NCBI GenBank assembly: GCA_027604505.1
Contig: JADIIX010000154.1
Span: forward strand, 1-46,871
DNA from: Gonapodya sp. JEL0774
Taxonomy: Eukaryota
Direction: 5' to 3'
DNA length: 46,871 bases
The notes beneath the pieces are model-generated. The model worked only from the letters and a program-made list of their open reading frames with translations, was not told where the DNA came from and did not search any database. The position numbers and the translations under genes are program-made. How positions within the stretch are numbered: the first letter of the stretch is position 1; each line of letters opens with the position of its first letter. Positions 27,643-41,152 of the stretch are shown in pieces.

Positions 27643-29195
27643 TCATTGCGCGCTCTCGTCCACATATGGTCCCTGGTGCCGTTTTGCCCCCCGCGTGACC
27701 ATTTCACTGGCCAATTGCTTGGCCAGGTCAACAGACCGAGCCTGGAACATGAACATCTTGGGCTCCTCGTCGGGGTCAGCGACTGTCGGGTCCTCATACA
27801 CAATGAGGACCACGTTGCTGGTCTTTGAGCGCTCAAAGTAGAGTTTCCCGACGTAAACTTCGACGTCAGAAGTAAGCGAGAGTTCCAACTGGCGGGTCCT
27901 TTTGCCCACTTCGAAAACATCGACCACGATTTTGTTGTCCCCCGTGAGTTTGGCAGCCGACTGTCCAAACGCCCTCACAATGTTTGGCAGCCGACCGTTC
28001 CCATCGTGACCGCACGCCAACGCAGCGTTCTCGCAGATCCAAGAGTTCCCACGGAAGGTCATTTCAGTCCGCCCCTCGGTGTCTTGTGAAATCGCGACTG
28101 AGTTTGGGTTTCGAGGACGTTTGGGAGGTGGAGGTGTGTAACCCACGAGCCTGTTGGGACCTCTCAACGCCCATTGTGGAATGAGGCAACGGGTCGGGTG
28201 GGAGGCCGGGGCGCGGAGAACGGAGCGGGTGCCTTTGCTTTGCAAGACAATGAGGGAGAGGATAAAATTTTCCACACACTCCTTGTAGATTACGAGTCGC
28301 TCCGAGTAGTGACGAGACCACCCTCCTTTCACGATGCTGTCACGTTGAATTCTATCCAAGTGGTCTTTCCATTGCATATTGTCCTTCCCAAGCTTCCCTT
28401 CAATATCCTCGTATTGGTGATTCATCATTGCAAGCTTGTTTGCCAACGCCAAGGAGTCTGCTGGGGGGGATTCATCTCCTGACACTGCAATCGTTTTACG
28501 CACGCCTTCAGGGGAGTTTGCAAACTTCTGAAAACGGTCGCTTCGAATTTTAGTCTCCGCGGCATTGGCAACAACAAGGGCAACGTTTCCCTCGCCCCAC
28601 TCCACGAGAAATTGGTTGTAGACCAGAATGCTGAGTGCTTCGAAGACCTGATCTGCGTGTTGTAGGAGATTAATTGGAGGAGGCCGGGGAGGAATCGAAG
28701 AATGGCCAATCTCCATGAGCTCCTCCGGAGTCTTTTCCCGGTAGGCAAGCAGCGATTGTGTTGCGACAGGTGCGATTGGTGCGGGGGGTGGTGCGATGGA
28801 CGGTGCTTTTAAAACGTCACGAAACTTGCTGGGCTTTATGGGGCGATTTGTATTGAGTACAGCGAGTGGTCTGGAGGTTACAGTGGGAATCGACTGCATT
28901 CGGGATGGCGAGGTGGCAATTCGAAGTGAGATTGAGCCAGCAAACTCCGGAAGCAAATACAAACACCACGCGAAAAACTTACCACATCAGATTCAAGCTT
29001 CCGTTTCCTTGCCAGAGATGTCGGAGTCAATAATCCATGTGCAGTCATGGGACGGGGGGTTCTGCAATTCGCGACGATGTTCATTAACGTGTTAAGACAA
29101 GTACAATTCCCGCGAGACACAAGATGTTAACTCACCGTTCTGCGTCCGAGTCCGCGAGAACATTTTCTTTGGAAGGGGTTGCAAGCTGCCAAAAC
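27643..29195 (-). CDS. Uncharacterised protein; possible C-terminal PH-like domain; 5' end uncertain
   Basis: A 439-codon open frame 27643-28962 plus probable small upstream exons (…TPSKENV…|TPRP…LARKRKLESD). The C-terminus has a beta-strand pattern ending in a helix (MFMFQARSVDLAKQLASEM). Confidence 0.6.
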
Positions 29196-29490
29196 CTGAT
29201 GGTCAGACTCACACTACATTACCGAACATTGATTTGAAGACGTATCCCACCATACTGCCAGGAAAACGCTGATTAAGGTCGAATTCTGATATAGAGAACG
29301 AGATTTGTATGCCCTGCCCTCTAAAACGTGGAATTGGAGTCGTTGTTGATGATCGAAACAAGAACCCTCTCCGAATTAGTGCACAGACCATCACTTCCCA
29401 ACACAAGAAAGGAATCCAATTCTTCATGTATTGGCTGTAATATAGAACACAAAATGTTCTCTGACATGAAATTAAGAAAATCAAAAATAT

Positions 29491-32352
29491 CTATTTGCCC
29501 TCTTTTTTCCGTTTTGCAAGCTCAGCAAGCTCCTGTTTGCAATGACACCAGTGAAAAACCACGTTCAAAGTGCCAGACCACACTTCCTCACCTTAACTCG
29601 GGATTTGACCTCTTTTACGGACTTCCCAGGAACCGCCAGTGCGACAGTCTTCCATCGTTCACTCGGGTTAGCAGTAAAGTTGGCCGCTGGGTGCAATCGT
29701 AGGGCAGATTCTAGTGCTTGCTGATCCGCGATGGACCAGACGGAACTCTCTGCGGGGTTCACAGACAGACCGTTAGGTGCAACGGGGGCCGATGTGGAAG
29801 TCTCCTGAGGTAGCGCAGATCTGGTGTGTTCCAAGGGTGGATCATTAGGTTGAGGTGCGGGGATAGGCGGTTTCTGCGAGGCTGCGGTGGTTGGAGCAGC
29901 TGTTTTGGTTCCCTTTGCAGGGGCTGTAGTTTTCTGGGTCCCGTTTTCTGGAGAATCCTGATTCTCTGCTTTAGGACTTGTCGGCAGGCCGTTAGGTTTT
30001 GTGATGGAGTCGGTGGCGGTGGTGTAACGGAGTGTGGGAGGATCCTTGATTTCGATGTCGTTGGGGTTGTGCTTACTGGATGACGCAACAGCCTGGAGCT
30101 GATCCTTTTCAGCTTGTTGGGGCACTTCAGCTAATGGTACAGTAAGGTTGTTACGTCAGCTCATTAGAAGTCGGTGATCATCATTAGTGCCTGCGTACAA
30201 ACCATTTTTCAATTCGTTTGAACGCTTGATACAGTCTTCCGGACGCTTAAAGCGACGCTTCTTCGCCTTATCATCTTCGTTGTCTTCGGCGCCGTGCGTG
30301 TTTACGTGGGCTGCGATTTTGTCCCATCTGTGACAAATTCAACTAAACAGCGAGCCTAATTCACAACCTAAGAGACCCTACTTACCTGCTTATTGTTCCT
30401 CCAGGGTAGACCCGCACCGCAACGATGAGGGCTGCTACTTCCTTGGGAGACCATTGGATTTCCTTTCCCTTTTCCTGCTTTTCCTTTGCAACTCGTGCCG
30501 CCTCTAGTCGCGATGCCTCCAACTTTTGTCGCGCCGCGTCTTTGTTGGCTGTTGAAGATGTCAGTACACTGTGGATTTCGCTCCACTTGACACAGAGAGC
30601 CCACCATGAATTTTTATGTACTGGGTTTCCACAACTTCCCTAGCGGATGTCCGCCCAATGTCCACCGACTTTGTTAGTTCCTCACGATACGCAGAGATAC
30701 CAGTCAAGTTATCTCCGTGAAATTCGAATACCTCGTCGAGGCGTACGCTCTCTGTTGCTAATGCATCCAAAGTTGGGTTCTCGGACGGAAGGAAGTAGTT
30801 TTCCGCAAGGAGCAGATCGCGCACTGCTTTTCTCTCTCGGCGGAGAACTTTTTTCCTGGCATCTTTGTCCTTTTTTGCGTCGGCTGTCTGTCGAACAGAA
30901 ATGGTTGGTTGTTTGTTTCCGTCGGAGCGTCACCACTTATCCCTACTCACTCTTGCCTTTTCTTCTTCCTCCAATTTCTCCTTCGCTTTCCTGATGGCCT
31001 CTTCCGCGGCCTTGGCATCCTCAATGATTTTTCGTTGGGCATCTTCCTTTTCCTTCCTTTTCGCCTCCTTGGCCAGTCGGTCTTGCTCTTTGAAAGCCGC
31101 AAGCCGCGGGTCCAGCTTCATCGCTTGTTCTACAAGTGCGACCGGCCAATGTTAGTACACGACGACTCCCATATTCTCCCTTCCGCGCGAACACCGACTG
31201 GATGAAAGTCGAACTCACCAACGAGCTTCGACAGACGGGCGTTGTCGTCCTTCTTCATCTTGAGTCTCACAACCTTGTTCTGCCTTTCAATCCACCGCTT
31301 TTCCTCTCGGCTTTCTGCTTTGTCGGGGTCTTCCTCGTCAAAAGCCTCGAAACTTCGCCACGAGTCGAAGTTAAACCAGAAGTCGTAAAAAGATTCGACG
31401 TCCTCCCGAGAAGTCGTTGAATCACCAAGATGAGGAACCGGCTGTACTTTGGAAAAGCTTTTAATAGTCGTGTTGAAGGAATCAGAGACATGAAGCGCAG
31501 AGTTGACGAAATCGAACCTCTCACCGGGCATTGTTGTCGAAAGCCTTGCCATAAATCTTATAGAAATCGCCCTTTTTGCTAAGAGAAGGTATCGAATCGT
31601 CAAATTTCCTGTCAACGGAATCCCATTGCCGGCGTTTTACTGGGTCACTCATAACTTCCCAAGCTACAGGAACAGGGTATGAGCCACTGCAGTGTCCCTG
31701 AAGCGTACCAAAACAATGCAGGCCCACCTTTTTGAATACATTTAAAGAAACTATCGTCTGAGCGGTCCTTCTTTTTGTCTGGGTGATGCTTCAGGGCTTT
31801 GCGACGGTCTGGGAAACCAAACAGGTGTTGTAGCTTATCCAACTGCGTGCACGCACAAAACCACGCAAACTCAGCCCCAACAATTACAAAGGAGTATCCA
31901 TGATGTTGGAATTCGGAACCTTGACTTCTCATGGTCTCACGAACACCTCTCCTGTCCAGTAGCACCACATCGTCACAAGCGCTTGCTTATTACTTCCAAG
32001 CCCTGTACTCACATGCCTTTCGAATTTCGTCCTCTGTGGCTTTCCATCTCAGTTTTTCTAATCCCAGGACCGCATAGTGATCCTGCGACTTCCACTCGAG
32101 CGGATCCAAGGCAAGCAGAGCTTTCGACTCTGGCACATCGTCGATCTCGTCATCAGCGTCCGCATCTTCACCCCGAAGGAGTTTCAAAAGGGAATCGTCC
32201 GTAGCACCGGCAGTTTTCTGACTTCTCCTCAGCTGGGACAGGAAGGCCAAACCGACAGGCTCGTAGGGTATGGAACGGCCCCGGGAAATGGCGTTGAAAA
32301 CACCAGATTCTGTATCCGCGGAGGATGGAGGGGGAAGAAGGAGGGCACCCAT
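29491..32352 (-). CDS. DNAJC2: Zuotin/MPP11 ribosome-associated J-protein with two SANT domains
   Basis: EPVG, DPLEWKSQDHYAVLGL, ALKHHPDKK, FFKCIQK, FYDFWFNFDSWRSF, then two SANT repeats: WSPKEVAALIVAVRVYPGGTISRWDKIA and WSIADQQALESALRLHP…ERWKTVALAVPGKS. Stop TAG at 29493-29491. Confidence 0.94.
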
Positions 32353-32657
32353 GGCTCTTCGACCTTCGAGCTTGCAACAATTGAGGGTTGTCAGGGAAAT
32401 TTGGAGCTCCAATCTGGCCGTGCGGGAAAGAGAAAGTGGGTTTGCCATAAAAGTGGTACGTCAATGCTCACGAAATGAATAATTTATAAATGATGAACAT
32501 AGCAACCCATGGGATTCACATGAATACATTCACCACACGTTGCAAAGAGGTGATGCAATCAAGCAACAGGAAACCGCATGGACTTGCAGACACGAGCGTT
32601 GTTTCAAAAAATAGCGCAGACTCTGATTCTGTCAGTACTATTTATGTACAGTACATA

Positions 32658-34748
32658 TCACTTCCTGTGAACGTCATTCACGAGTCCACGAATAGAAAGT
32701 CTGGAAATTGCTAATAGGATAACCGCCGTAAATCCAATGATCGTGGCTGAAAGGACAGCCAGCGGCACCCAATTTATCGTACGGTATAAAGGACCACTGA
32801 TCAGCACAATTATGGCAGAGATCACCTGGATGATGGTATCATTGACAGATTGCACGGTTTGCAGCTCTCGCCCCGGTTTCGCACCCTGGGCGATTGTTGT
32901 GCTCGCCGCCACAAAAGAAAAGTTCCATCCGACTCCCACAAGCGTCTCGCCAACATAGAAAATGGGCAAATGTTCCCCAGCAAACAAGATGGCAACAGAT
33001 CCAGCGAGAATTGAAATACCTCTGGGTTACCGGTCAGGTTACTGTCGAACTGCAAATTGTTCGCATTGCCGAAACTCACATAATGTTCATTCGAACACTT
33101 CCAAAGCGCTCAATTAAGTATCCCGTAATGAGCGATGGTGCGAACATACCCTTCGTGAGGGAAAAAGAAGTGCGTGGATAAATACGTAAAAAACATGAAC
33201 TCGATATACAACCTACCAAAACATGCGCCATGATCACGTTCGCTTGATCTGAAAATGTGAAGCCAGAATTCGTTATAGCGATTGGTGCTGGTGCCATCAT
33301 CAGAACCTAAGGCGGCAATCACCTGACTGAGTTTCCTTCTTCACACACACAAACGTCACCGTTCAGATATCGTCCACTCACCATTACCATGTAAGACACC
33401 AGCCCTGACACGACGGCAATGAGGTACCGCTTGGAGCTAAAAAATCGTACGACGATTGCCGAGCGAGATTCAACTACAGCCTCAGGTTCAGTTTCACTGT
33501 CAGATGTGGTAAGCGATTTTGCTGTGCTTGTTGATGGTATCCTGTGCACGGGAACAAAGCGATCGCGAACGTGCTTGGCACTGGCGTTTGTCCTTCATTC
33601 GAACACATCTTACCTCAGACACATCACTGTGAGGGTCATGGCGAAAATCAAGCACTCCATAACAATGTAGATTCCCAGGTATTTCGTGCTGGGGACGATC
33701 CACACTGCCGCTTGTGTAATCTGCGGGCCTATTGGAGCGGCAATAGCAGCACCCGCAACTACCCAACTCAGAGCGCGAGACACGTATTTGGGTGGGCAAA
33801 CAGAGCGCACACCAAATCGCAGGAGTTGTGTTGTGGCTTGCTGTGTTCCCTGGAACAGGAGTCCGAGGCAGAGCAACGGAAAACTCCAATATTTCATTGC
33901 CAGCAAGCACAATGTTGCACCCGTAAGGCCCGCTCCCGTGCCAACTTTGTCGCACCGAAACACAAAATTGCGATAAGTGGCACAGCCACACCAAACACCT
34001 TGTGCATACACTCACCCACGTACGAAGCTCGAAGCCCGTACCGTTCCCCTATGTACGAGAGTGGCATAGTGCTGATGAGCCCACCGATGAAAATGAGGCC
34101 GTTCGGGAGTGTTGCAAGAAAATCTCCCGCCATTTCTTTCGCGATAGCAACAGTGCCTTTTGCATTGTTCAAACAATTCGTGGGCGAAAGGGGAGAGGTA
34201 AGAGCCCCGAACGCGGTCGTACTCACCAGCAATGTGTGCAAATTGGACGGTCTGTCAAAATAAAAGAAAGAAAAGGCATGGGGTAAGGTTCAGACCGTGT
34301 TAGGAATACAGAGGATGTAAAGAGGAGTAAATAGGAAGTGAGATGAGAAAGGCACCAGTCAGTTCAAAATTTCACTAACGTATCCCTAAAGTAAGACAAT
34401 AACTCTGTCAGATGCTAGGTAACGAGCGGGCAAAATCAAACTTCCTTACGAGAAACCAAGCAAAGATTAGCAGAAACACATTCGTTTTCCAGTGCGGAGG
34501 GGCAGGGCTGGGAAAGGAACGAATGTGGAGAAGCGTGTGATTCAAGCGATTGTTCATTCCCGAAACAGTATCGTATTCTTTATGCTATTTTTTGGAACGC
34601 ACACATCGTCGGGATCCGATTTGGTGATCAGCGTCTGGGAATCCGTCGGCGGGATGTCTACCTTCTTTTTGATTGAAGAACTGACGGTCGCCGACGCTGA
34701 TTCAACGTTGAATTTCAACTCAACAGACTCGGGAGGTGATGGCGGCAT
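32658..34748 (-). CDS. Major facilitator superfamily transporter
   Basis: Multi-exon with many hydrophobic helices. Motifs YIGERYGLRASY, ALSWVVAGAAIAAPIGP, HVLGMFAPSLITGYLIERFG and LVGVGWNFSFVAASTTI. Confidence 0.85.
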
Positions 34749-35541
34749 CAGTCCAGGAATTTGGTGTGGGGAAACTTTATAATTTTATTAGCGGGTGAAT
34801 TGAAGCCGTCAGGGCGGACGAAGGCACGGAGATGTCAACCAGTTGTTTCGTTGCAACTTTATATTGAGTCAGTAACATAGACAATGAGACGATACGCCGG
34901 ATAATTCAAGGCAGAGAGGGGAAAGGAAGAGAAATTTCTCATCGCGTTTTCCTTGTTTCTTCCAATTTCGCCTCAGTCCCCCATCCACGAAGCGCGCCCC
35001 AGACCGCGAGGAAAATGCAAGCAATTGCAAGCGTACCGAGGAGTGGGAAGGCAGGGGTGGGCGGGAGGCTTTCGGGGCGGTAACAACATTAATATTATAT
35101 TCCTTCCATCCCACCCACCAGTGAAATCGCGCCTAGCACCACATACCTGTAATGCTCCCTCAGCCAAGCTGCCAGGTCGGATAAGAATGAAGCAATGGCA
35201 TCTGGCTTGGCTGTGCACGTGGGACAAGCCATCGAGCTCTCAAGAGCGCTATTTGAGCATCGTCAGATTTTGCCTATCACACCAGTATATATAGACTGAA
35301 GGGCCTACATTGTTGACCTGTATTTCCGATTCGACGAGTTGTTTGATGAGAGTGATGAAGTCGGGATTGTGAAGAGCCCAGTGTGGCGCGACACTCTGGC
35401 ATCACTCAAACATTACAACAAGCACTGACAGACTTGGACGGGGCCCCTTGAACAGACACACACACCAGAACTCGTCCCACGCCATCTTGCGCTTTTCCCT
35501 TTCCTCTTTACGTCTTTCTTCTTCGCCTTCGCTCGCCCCCA

Positions 35542-36785
35542 ATGCCCGACTCGTTATGGCCCGCTCCCCTTGCTCGGAAACGCAAGCAGGAAGCCGACGA
35601 CGACATGGACTCCTCGGACGACGTTCCCGCTCTCTCCTACTCCGCAGAGACGCCATCGTCCGCTTCCTCATCGCCCCCTGTGCCCCTCCCTGCAACGGGC
35701 ATCAGACGCCCTCTCCTCGCAAAACGCATACGCACACAGGACACTCAATCAGACGACCAAATACACCAGCGCATCCTTGCTGCTCAACAGCTCCAATCAT
35801 CACTACCGCCAAACCTTGCCGATGCTCTGGCAAACCTCGATAAACCGGACCTTCTCTCTATTCTCAACTCTCTCATTCGCTCTAACCCACATCTCGCTCC
35901 CCAAGTTGGAGCCCTCCTCCCCCGCCCCACTATCCAATCTACATCTTCTCTCCTTTCTACCCTCGAGAAGCGACTGGCGGACTCCTTCCCTTACACCCGC
36001 TTTGGTCAGGATCGCTCTGACTACTCTTTCAACCGTGTCCGACCAGCCCTCGCAGAACTTAAGCAGTCTCTTTTCCACTACCTCCTTCACTTTACAAATC
36101 CAGCATCCTATCCTGATGCTGCTCGCCATGAGTTCCCGGCAACGTCCATGGCCTATCTGAATATTGCCGCGACAATCGCGCACCGCCTCCCACGATGGGA
36201 CAACCCAGACCGCAACAGCGAGTTCCGCGACGAAGTTTATGACCGAGTTGGTCGTGCCTTCCGGGAAACGGTTGCTGAGATCTCCCGCCTCGTTGCGGAC
36301 GGGAAGGTTTTTGGAGCCGGTACAGTCTCGGAGTGGGGCAAGACCATCGCCTCCCACTCGGACCAGGTCGGCGGCGCACACGGATTCAGGGAAGCTGTGT
36401 ATGAATTTAAGGCGAGCCTTGGGTGGCTTGTGGGGCTGTTCCCGTCGGACCGCGAGGTAGCGGAGTACAATTACGCAAACGGACAAGCCGATGCTTCCGT
36501 TCCACTATCAAGATCGAACGGTGGTGATAACAATGCTCTGGGAAACAACGGAAACGACGTTTTCTCGGTGGGTGGACAGGGTGTCGCAGTTGGTGGATTA
36601 AGTGGATTCGCTGGTGAGTTTCTCACCTTTGTCGATTCCATGGACTGTGGCTGTGCTGTGCACATCACCATATTTATCAAATACCACCTTCACATCTCCA
36701 CTTAGGTACCATGGGTGCCCCAGCTCAGTTCGCAAATCACCCAGTCCTCGCTGGTCGCACCATCTTTGGATTCGGTGGTGTGTGA
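35542..36785 (+). CDS. STS1: Nuclear proteasome tether Sts1/Cut8
   Basis: N-terminal NLS RKRKQE…KRIR, then LANLDKPDLLSILNSLI…LPRPT…LADSFPY…SDYSFNRVRPALAELK…HRLPRWDN…LGWL. One 3' intron at about 36614-36705. Confidence 0.88.
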
Positions 36786-36998
36786 AAATAAGTTGTGTAG
36801 AATGGGGGGACGGGAGACGGCTATGCGGAAGAACATTGCTTTCACAACAATGTGGATGGCAGAGAAGCAAAGGACCGCATTTTCAATTGTGATGAACAGT
36901 TAGAGCCATGCTCGCCACCCATCATAATACAGTAGCATTTATAATGTTCCTTCCAAGGTATCCATAAAGAAGCGTTGGCGTGTGCACAATAACAAGTT

Positions 36999-38701
36999 TC
37001 ACTCGCTCTCATTATCAGTTGCATCATCGTCATCATAAGCGTCGGTATCATTTTCATCCCACTCCTCCAAGCCAAGGCCACTACTCTCATCATCTCCGTT
37101 TCCCTCACCAATACCCCCACTTTCCTCTATGGCCGCATGCTGCATTCTATAGTCTGTAGTACGCACAACGTACCCTTCACTGCCCCGGCGATATCGTGCC
37201 CCCGATCCATGGTCGTGGCCTGCACCATTGCCATGGGATTTGTCGGAACGGAAAGAGGACGATCCCTTTGGGCGGGAGCCGTGTTCAAGGTAGTACTCCT
37301 CCGGGGGCTTCAGGATCACGCGTGGTGTTGTGATGGGCAGTGGTAACATATCGACGTGCGACCAAGGGTTGAAATCAGAAGAGGACAAACATTCTTCAGC
37401 AGTCGGAGCTCGTGCAGCTTCCGCATTGTCATCAAACTCACCCACGCTACCACCACCCTTTCGACCCCGTCCTCATCTACAAACTTCTTGGCCAGTCCTC
37501 TAGCTTTGGGTCCAACCATCCAATCCAACCCATTTCCTACAGCTGGTTGAGGCCACCACCACGCCCACCATGTCCGTCCAAGAACATTGCGAAAGTTCTC
37601 GAATGCGCCCAAATCGTACGGAAAAACCGCCCGGTCGGGAGAGATTTTTTCTCGATTTACCATGCGCTTGACACGGTCCGTCTCATACGTTTCGATTGTG
37701 GTGGTGTTGTCCCAGATGTACATGTATTGGAACACAGACAGCGTTCCCACGGTGGCGAGCAGAATCATCAGGAGAATCAGATTCACAATCATTACCACTA
37801 ACTCTCCCGTCGTACTGTGTGGGGTCACAATTTTGGTCAAATCCACCATAGGCTTTCTGAGATCCAAAACTCCACTGTCCCGGCCATTGGAAGTGGCCTC
37901 CCAGCGAGCAGTGGACAATTGGTGGTACTCGGCCAAAGCATTTTGGTACCTAACGAGGTCGTACATGCGCTTTGCAAAGAGGAAGAGGTCAGAAAGGATC
38001 CCAAGCGACGTGTAGGTTATGAACCGGATAAAGTGGCCGTGGTTTCGATGACCAACGCAGTTGCGGACCCAGGGACCTTATTATGAGAACAAAAAGGGAG
38101 GGTCAGGCTCAGCAGCAAACAGAGAAAGTAGACGTCAGAAACACTCACAGTGGTGATCCATTTTCAGGACGCAGCGGTTGCACTCACTGCAGTGGTGCGC
38201 ACGAGGAGGTTTGTACACTTGGCACTTTTTACAGAACCGCTGAGCCGCCACGCTTTTCTTGAATTCCATCACCACCGGGGTCTGATTGGCTTCATTTGAA
38301 TGAGCGTCGGCTGTGGGGTTGGCGCGATGTCTCAAAGCATTTCCGCCGGTGTTTCGCTCTGTAATGCCTGCACGGGTGAGCGAGTCCAAGGCCAGAGGTG
38401 CATCATCCTCTTCATCCCATTCATCATTGTTCTTGTCAATGTCTTTTGCCGCTATTCTCCACGGTCTCCAATTCTTGGGAGGAGCGCCTGGTTCCGTCCA
38501 CATGCAAAGCAGATAGTTGATCCACATATTCAAGCAGAACCAGTTGAAAGGGGTCGACCATATAAGATAAGTCGAGAAGCCATAATACGTCAACCATGGC
38601 CAGTGAATGTATAAGTTGGAGGAGAGCGGGATGAAAATCATCAATGCAATGGTAAGGGACACCAGCGCAGCGGACAAGATGCGTGATACGCGGGAAACCA
38701 T
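36999..38701 (-). CDS. PFA4: DHHC palmitoyltransferase, Pfa4-like
   Basis: [72 protein letters not shown] and W|PPEEY. Confidence 0.9.
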
Positions 38702-38890
38702 GGCATGTCGTCCAGTTTATAAGGGATGTCGACTTGCGATGTTTCGAAATAGTGACGGGTGGAAGGGCAGATGAAGGGGGAATGTATGAATGGCCCAAAG
38801 TCTTTAGTACTGATCCGATTTGCAAATATGGTTTGCTACTAAATCGATTTACCAATATCAGATGTGGATCTAACAGCACTGGAGTCGAAT

Positions 38891-41152
38891 TTATTGTTCC
38901 TCCCACCCCCTCCGATCACCTGGAAGTGTGGATTCGTACACAGTACTCTCAGGAAGCTCTAGTGCGATGTTAATCAAGTTCTCTTGTCTATAACGAGCAG
39001 GTGCCGTCCCCTTCTTGTTAACTATCTTGGCGTAGAGGGTCATTGGTCGGCGAAGACCTGGTGCAGAAACCGGTCGCCTCATTTTGTATCCAGCGGAGAA
39101 ATAAATTTGCTGTGAGCTCCCCAGACCCCATGCTTCTCGACCGGCGTCCCAAACTGCCCTCGCTTCAATTTTCAGTCGCTCATCTTCGGGGATGAAGTGT
39201 TCCATGAAAGCGTTTTTCAAAGACAACTCCCGCGACAATTCACGAACGGTGTTCAAGAGCTCTTCACGTTCTGATCGGAACTCGTCCTGCAAATCCTCAT
39301 TTTCTTGCTTCGAGGATTGAACTTTACTCCAAAGCTTGCTGAGCTTCCGTGTTTTTACATCCACTTCTTCTGCAAGCGTGGAAAAATGTCCTTCCATTTG
39401 GAGAGCAGCCTCCTGTCGGAGCTCCAGCTGCTCTTCCAGCTCCCGCTCCTTTGCGCGCTCTTGTTCGAGGGCCATAGCTCGCTCCTCAAGCACACGCTCT
39501 TGACGGTTAACATGTTCGAATATGTTGACTCCGCCAATCAACATACTAGATTCCAATTGCTTGAGCTTTTCGCTCAAGTCCAATCTCGTGGTTCTCTCCA
39601 AATCAAGTTGCTGAACTGATTCTGTGAGGTGTGGGGCCACTTCAACTTCTTCTCCCTGCAATAGATTCTCATCTTCAGAGTCGCTTGCAGATTCATCTCC
39701 CGGTAGGCCATCGCAATCTATCTCTCCGCCATGAGACTGTACAGTATTCCCACGTTTGCTCTTCTTTACAACTCGTGTTACTATACGTTTCACGATCTGC
39801 ACACTGTCCATTCCGTTGCCTGCCAATTGGCTGGTCGAATCGACTTTATTCCTTTCCCTCAGTTCGAGCGTTCTCCTTAACTTGGCGATTTCATCTTGCA
39901 TCTCTCGAAGCATTGCGTCTTTTGGGTCTTCATTGACTTTGGGGGAGTTTTTGATATTCTTCGCGCGATTCGCATATCGCAGAGTCGACAGTGTTTCGTC
40001 GAAGTTGAATGACGCAGGTGATAAAGTTGCAAGCATAACCGTCCTTATAATGTAACAGCCTTTATGAGCACAGAAGCGCGGGCACACAATTAGATGTCGC
40101 AAAGAACACACTTCGAGTTGCCACCAAGTGAGTCCTGCAATAACCTGGTCAGCTTGGAGTCTCTGTATGGAATGTGCGTGCTCTTCGTATCGACAAGTGC
40201 GCTTATGCAGTTTCCAAGTGCACTTAAGCTCAGATTAATCTTGCTGGCTTCTTTCAGTCTGTCACCAGTCGCACCAGTCTTACTCTGACGCTCACTACCT
40301 GCTAAATCCACCAAATGAAGCTTCCCAGCCAAGAAGTGCTGCTCGTTGGTTTGCTGGTCAGTTTCACAGCATTCGATTGTTATGGAAAAAATGGAATGAG
40401 AGCGTGACGAAACCGCATTCATTAGCGTTGCTCCTACTGAGCGATTGCTGTTGCCCACTGCCATTAAGTCGTCCATTTCCTTGACCGATTTGACGATTTT
40501 CGAGGAGAGGTCCTTGACGTAGACGCCCTTCTCTGGATGCTCCTTCAGCTCCAGCGACACGGGCTTCTTGTTTCCACCAACATTCACCAACAAATCTCGT
40601 ATCTCTTCGTTGTAAATTTCCAAATAAGAAACTCGTACCAGATATTGCTTCGAGGGCGTCCGTGCAATGTGAGAGAATATGTGATTGAAAGAGTTTGGGA
40701 TGATGCCTTGCAAAGCCGGGTCGTCCTTCACGCCTTGCATGGAGAATGTCTTTCCTGAGCCAGTTTGTCCATAAACAAACACTGTCCCATTGAAACCATT
40801 TAAAACAGAGTCAACAATCTTCTTTGCGGTACGATTGTAGACATCAGCCTGCGAAAGGTCACGGAAGTATCCTGTTTCTCACTTTTTGTGAGCTTGATCA
40901 GGGAAACCTCACCTGACGCGAATCCCAATCAAACACCGCGTCAAATGCGAATACCTTGGCGTCAGACTCTTGCTTGGAGTTTTGAATCACCACGCTACTA
41001 CGCTCGAGGTCGAATGAGAGAACGCGCGTGGAGCCATTCTCTCGCTCCCGATCATTGAAAGGTCGGCATCTGACGCAGACAGTTACACATTCACCACCGT
41101 TCAATGGATCGTCTGATGAACTGAGTAAAGACGATACACGCTGCTCCGGCAT
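38891..41152 (-). CDS. Kinesin-2 (KIF3-like) intraflagellar transport motor
   Basis: [12 protein letters not shown]-loop [63 protein letters not shown], and the kinesin-2 stalk/tail [14 protein letters not shown]…HFIP…[12 protein letters not shown]. Confidence 0.9.
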
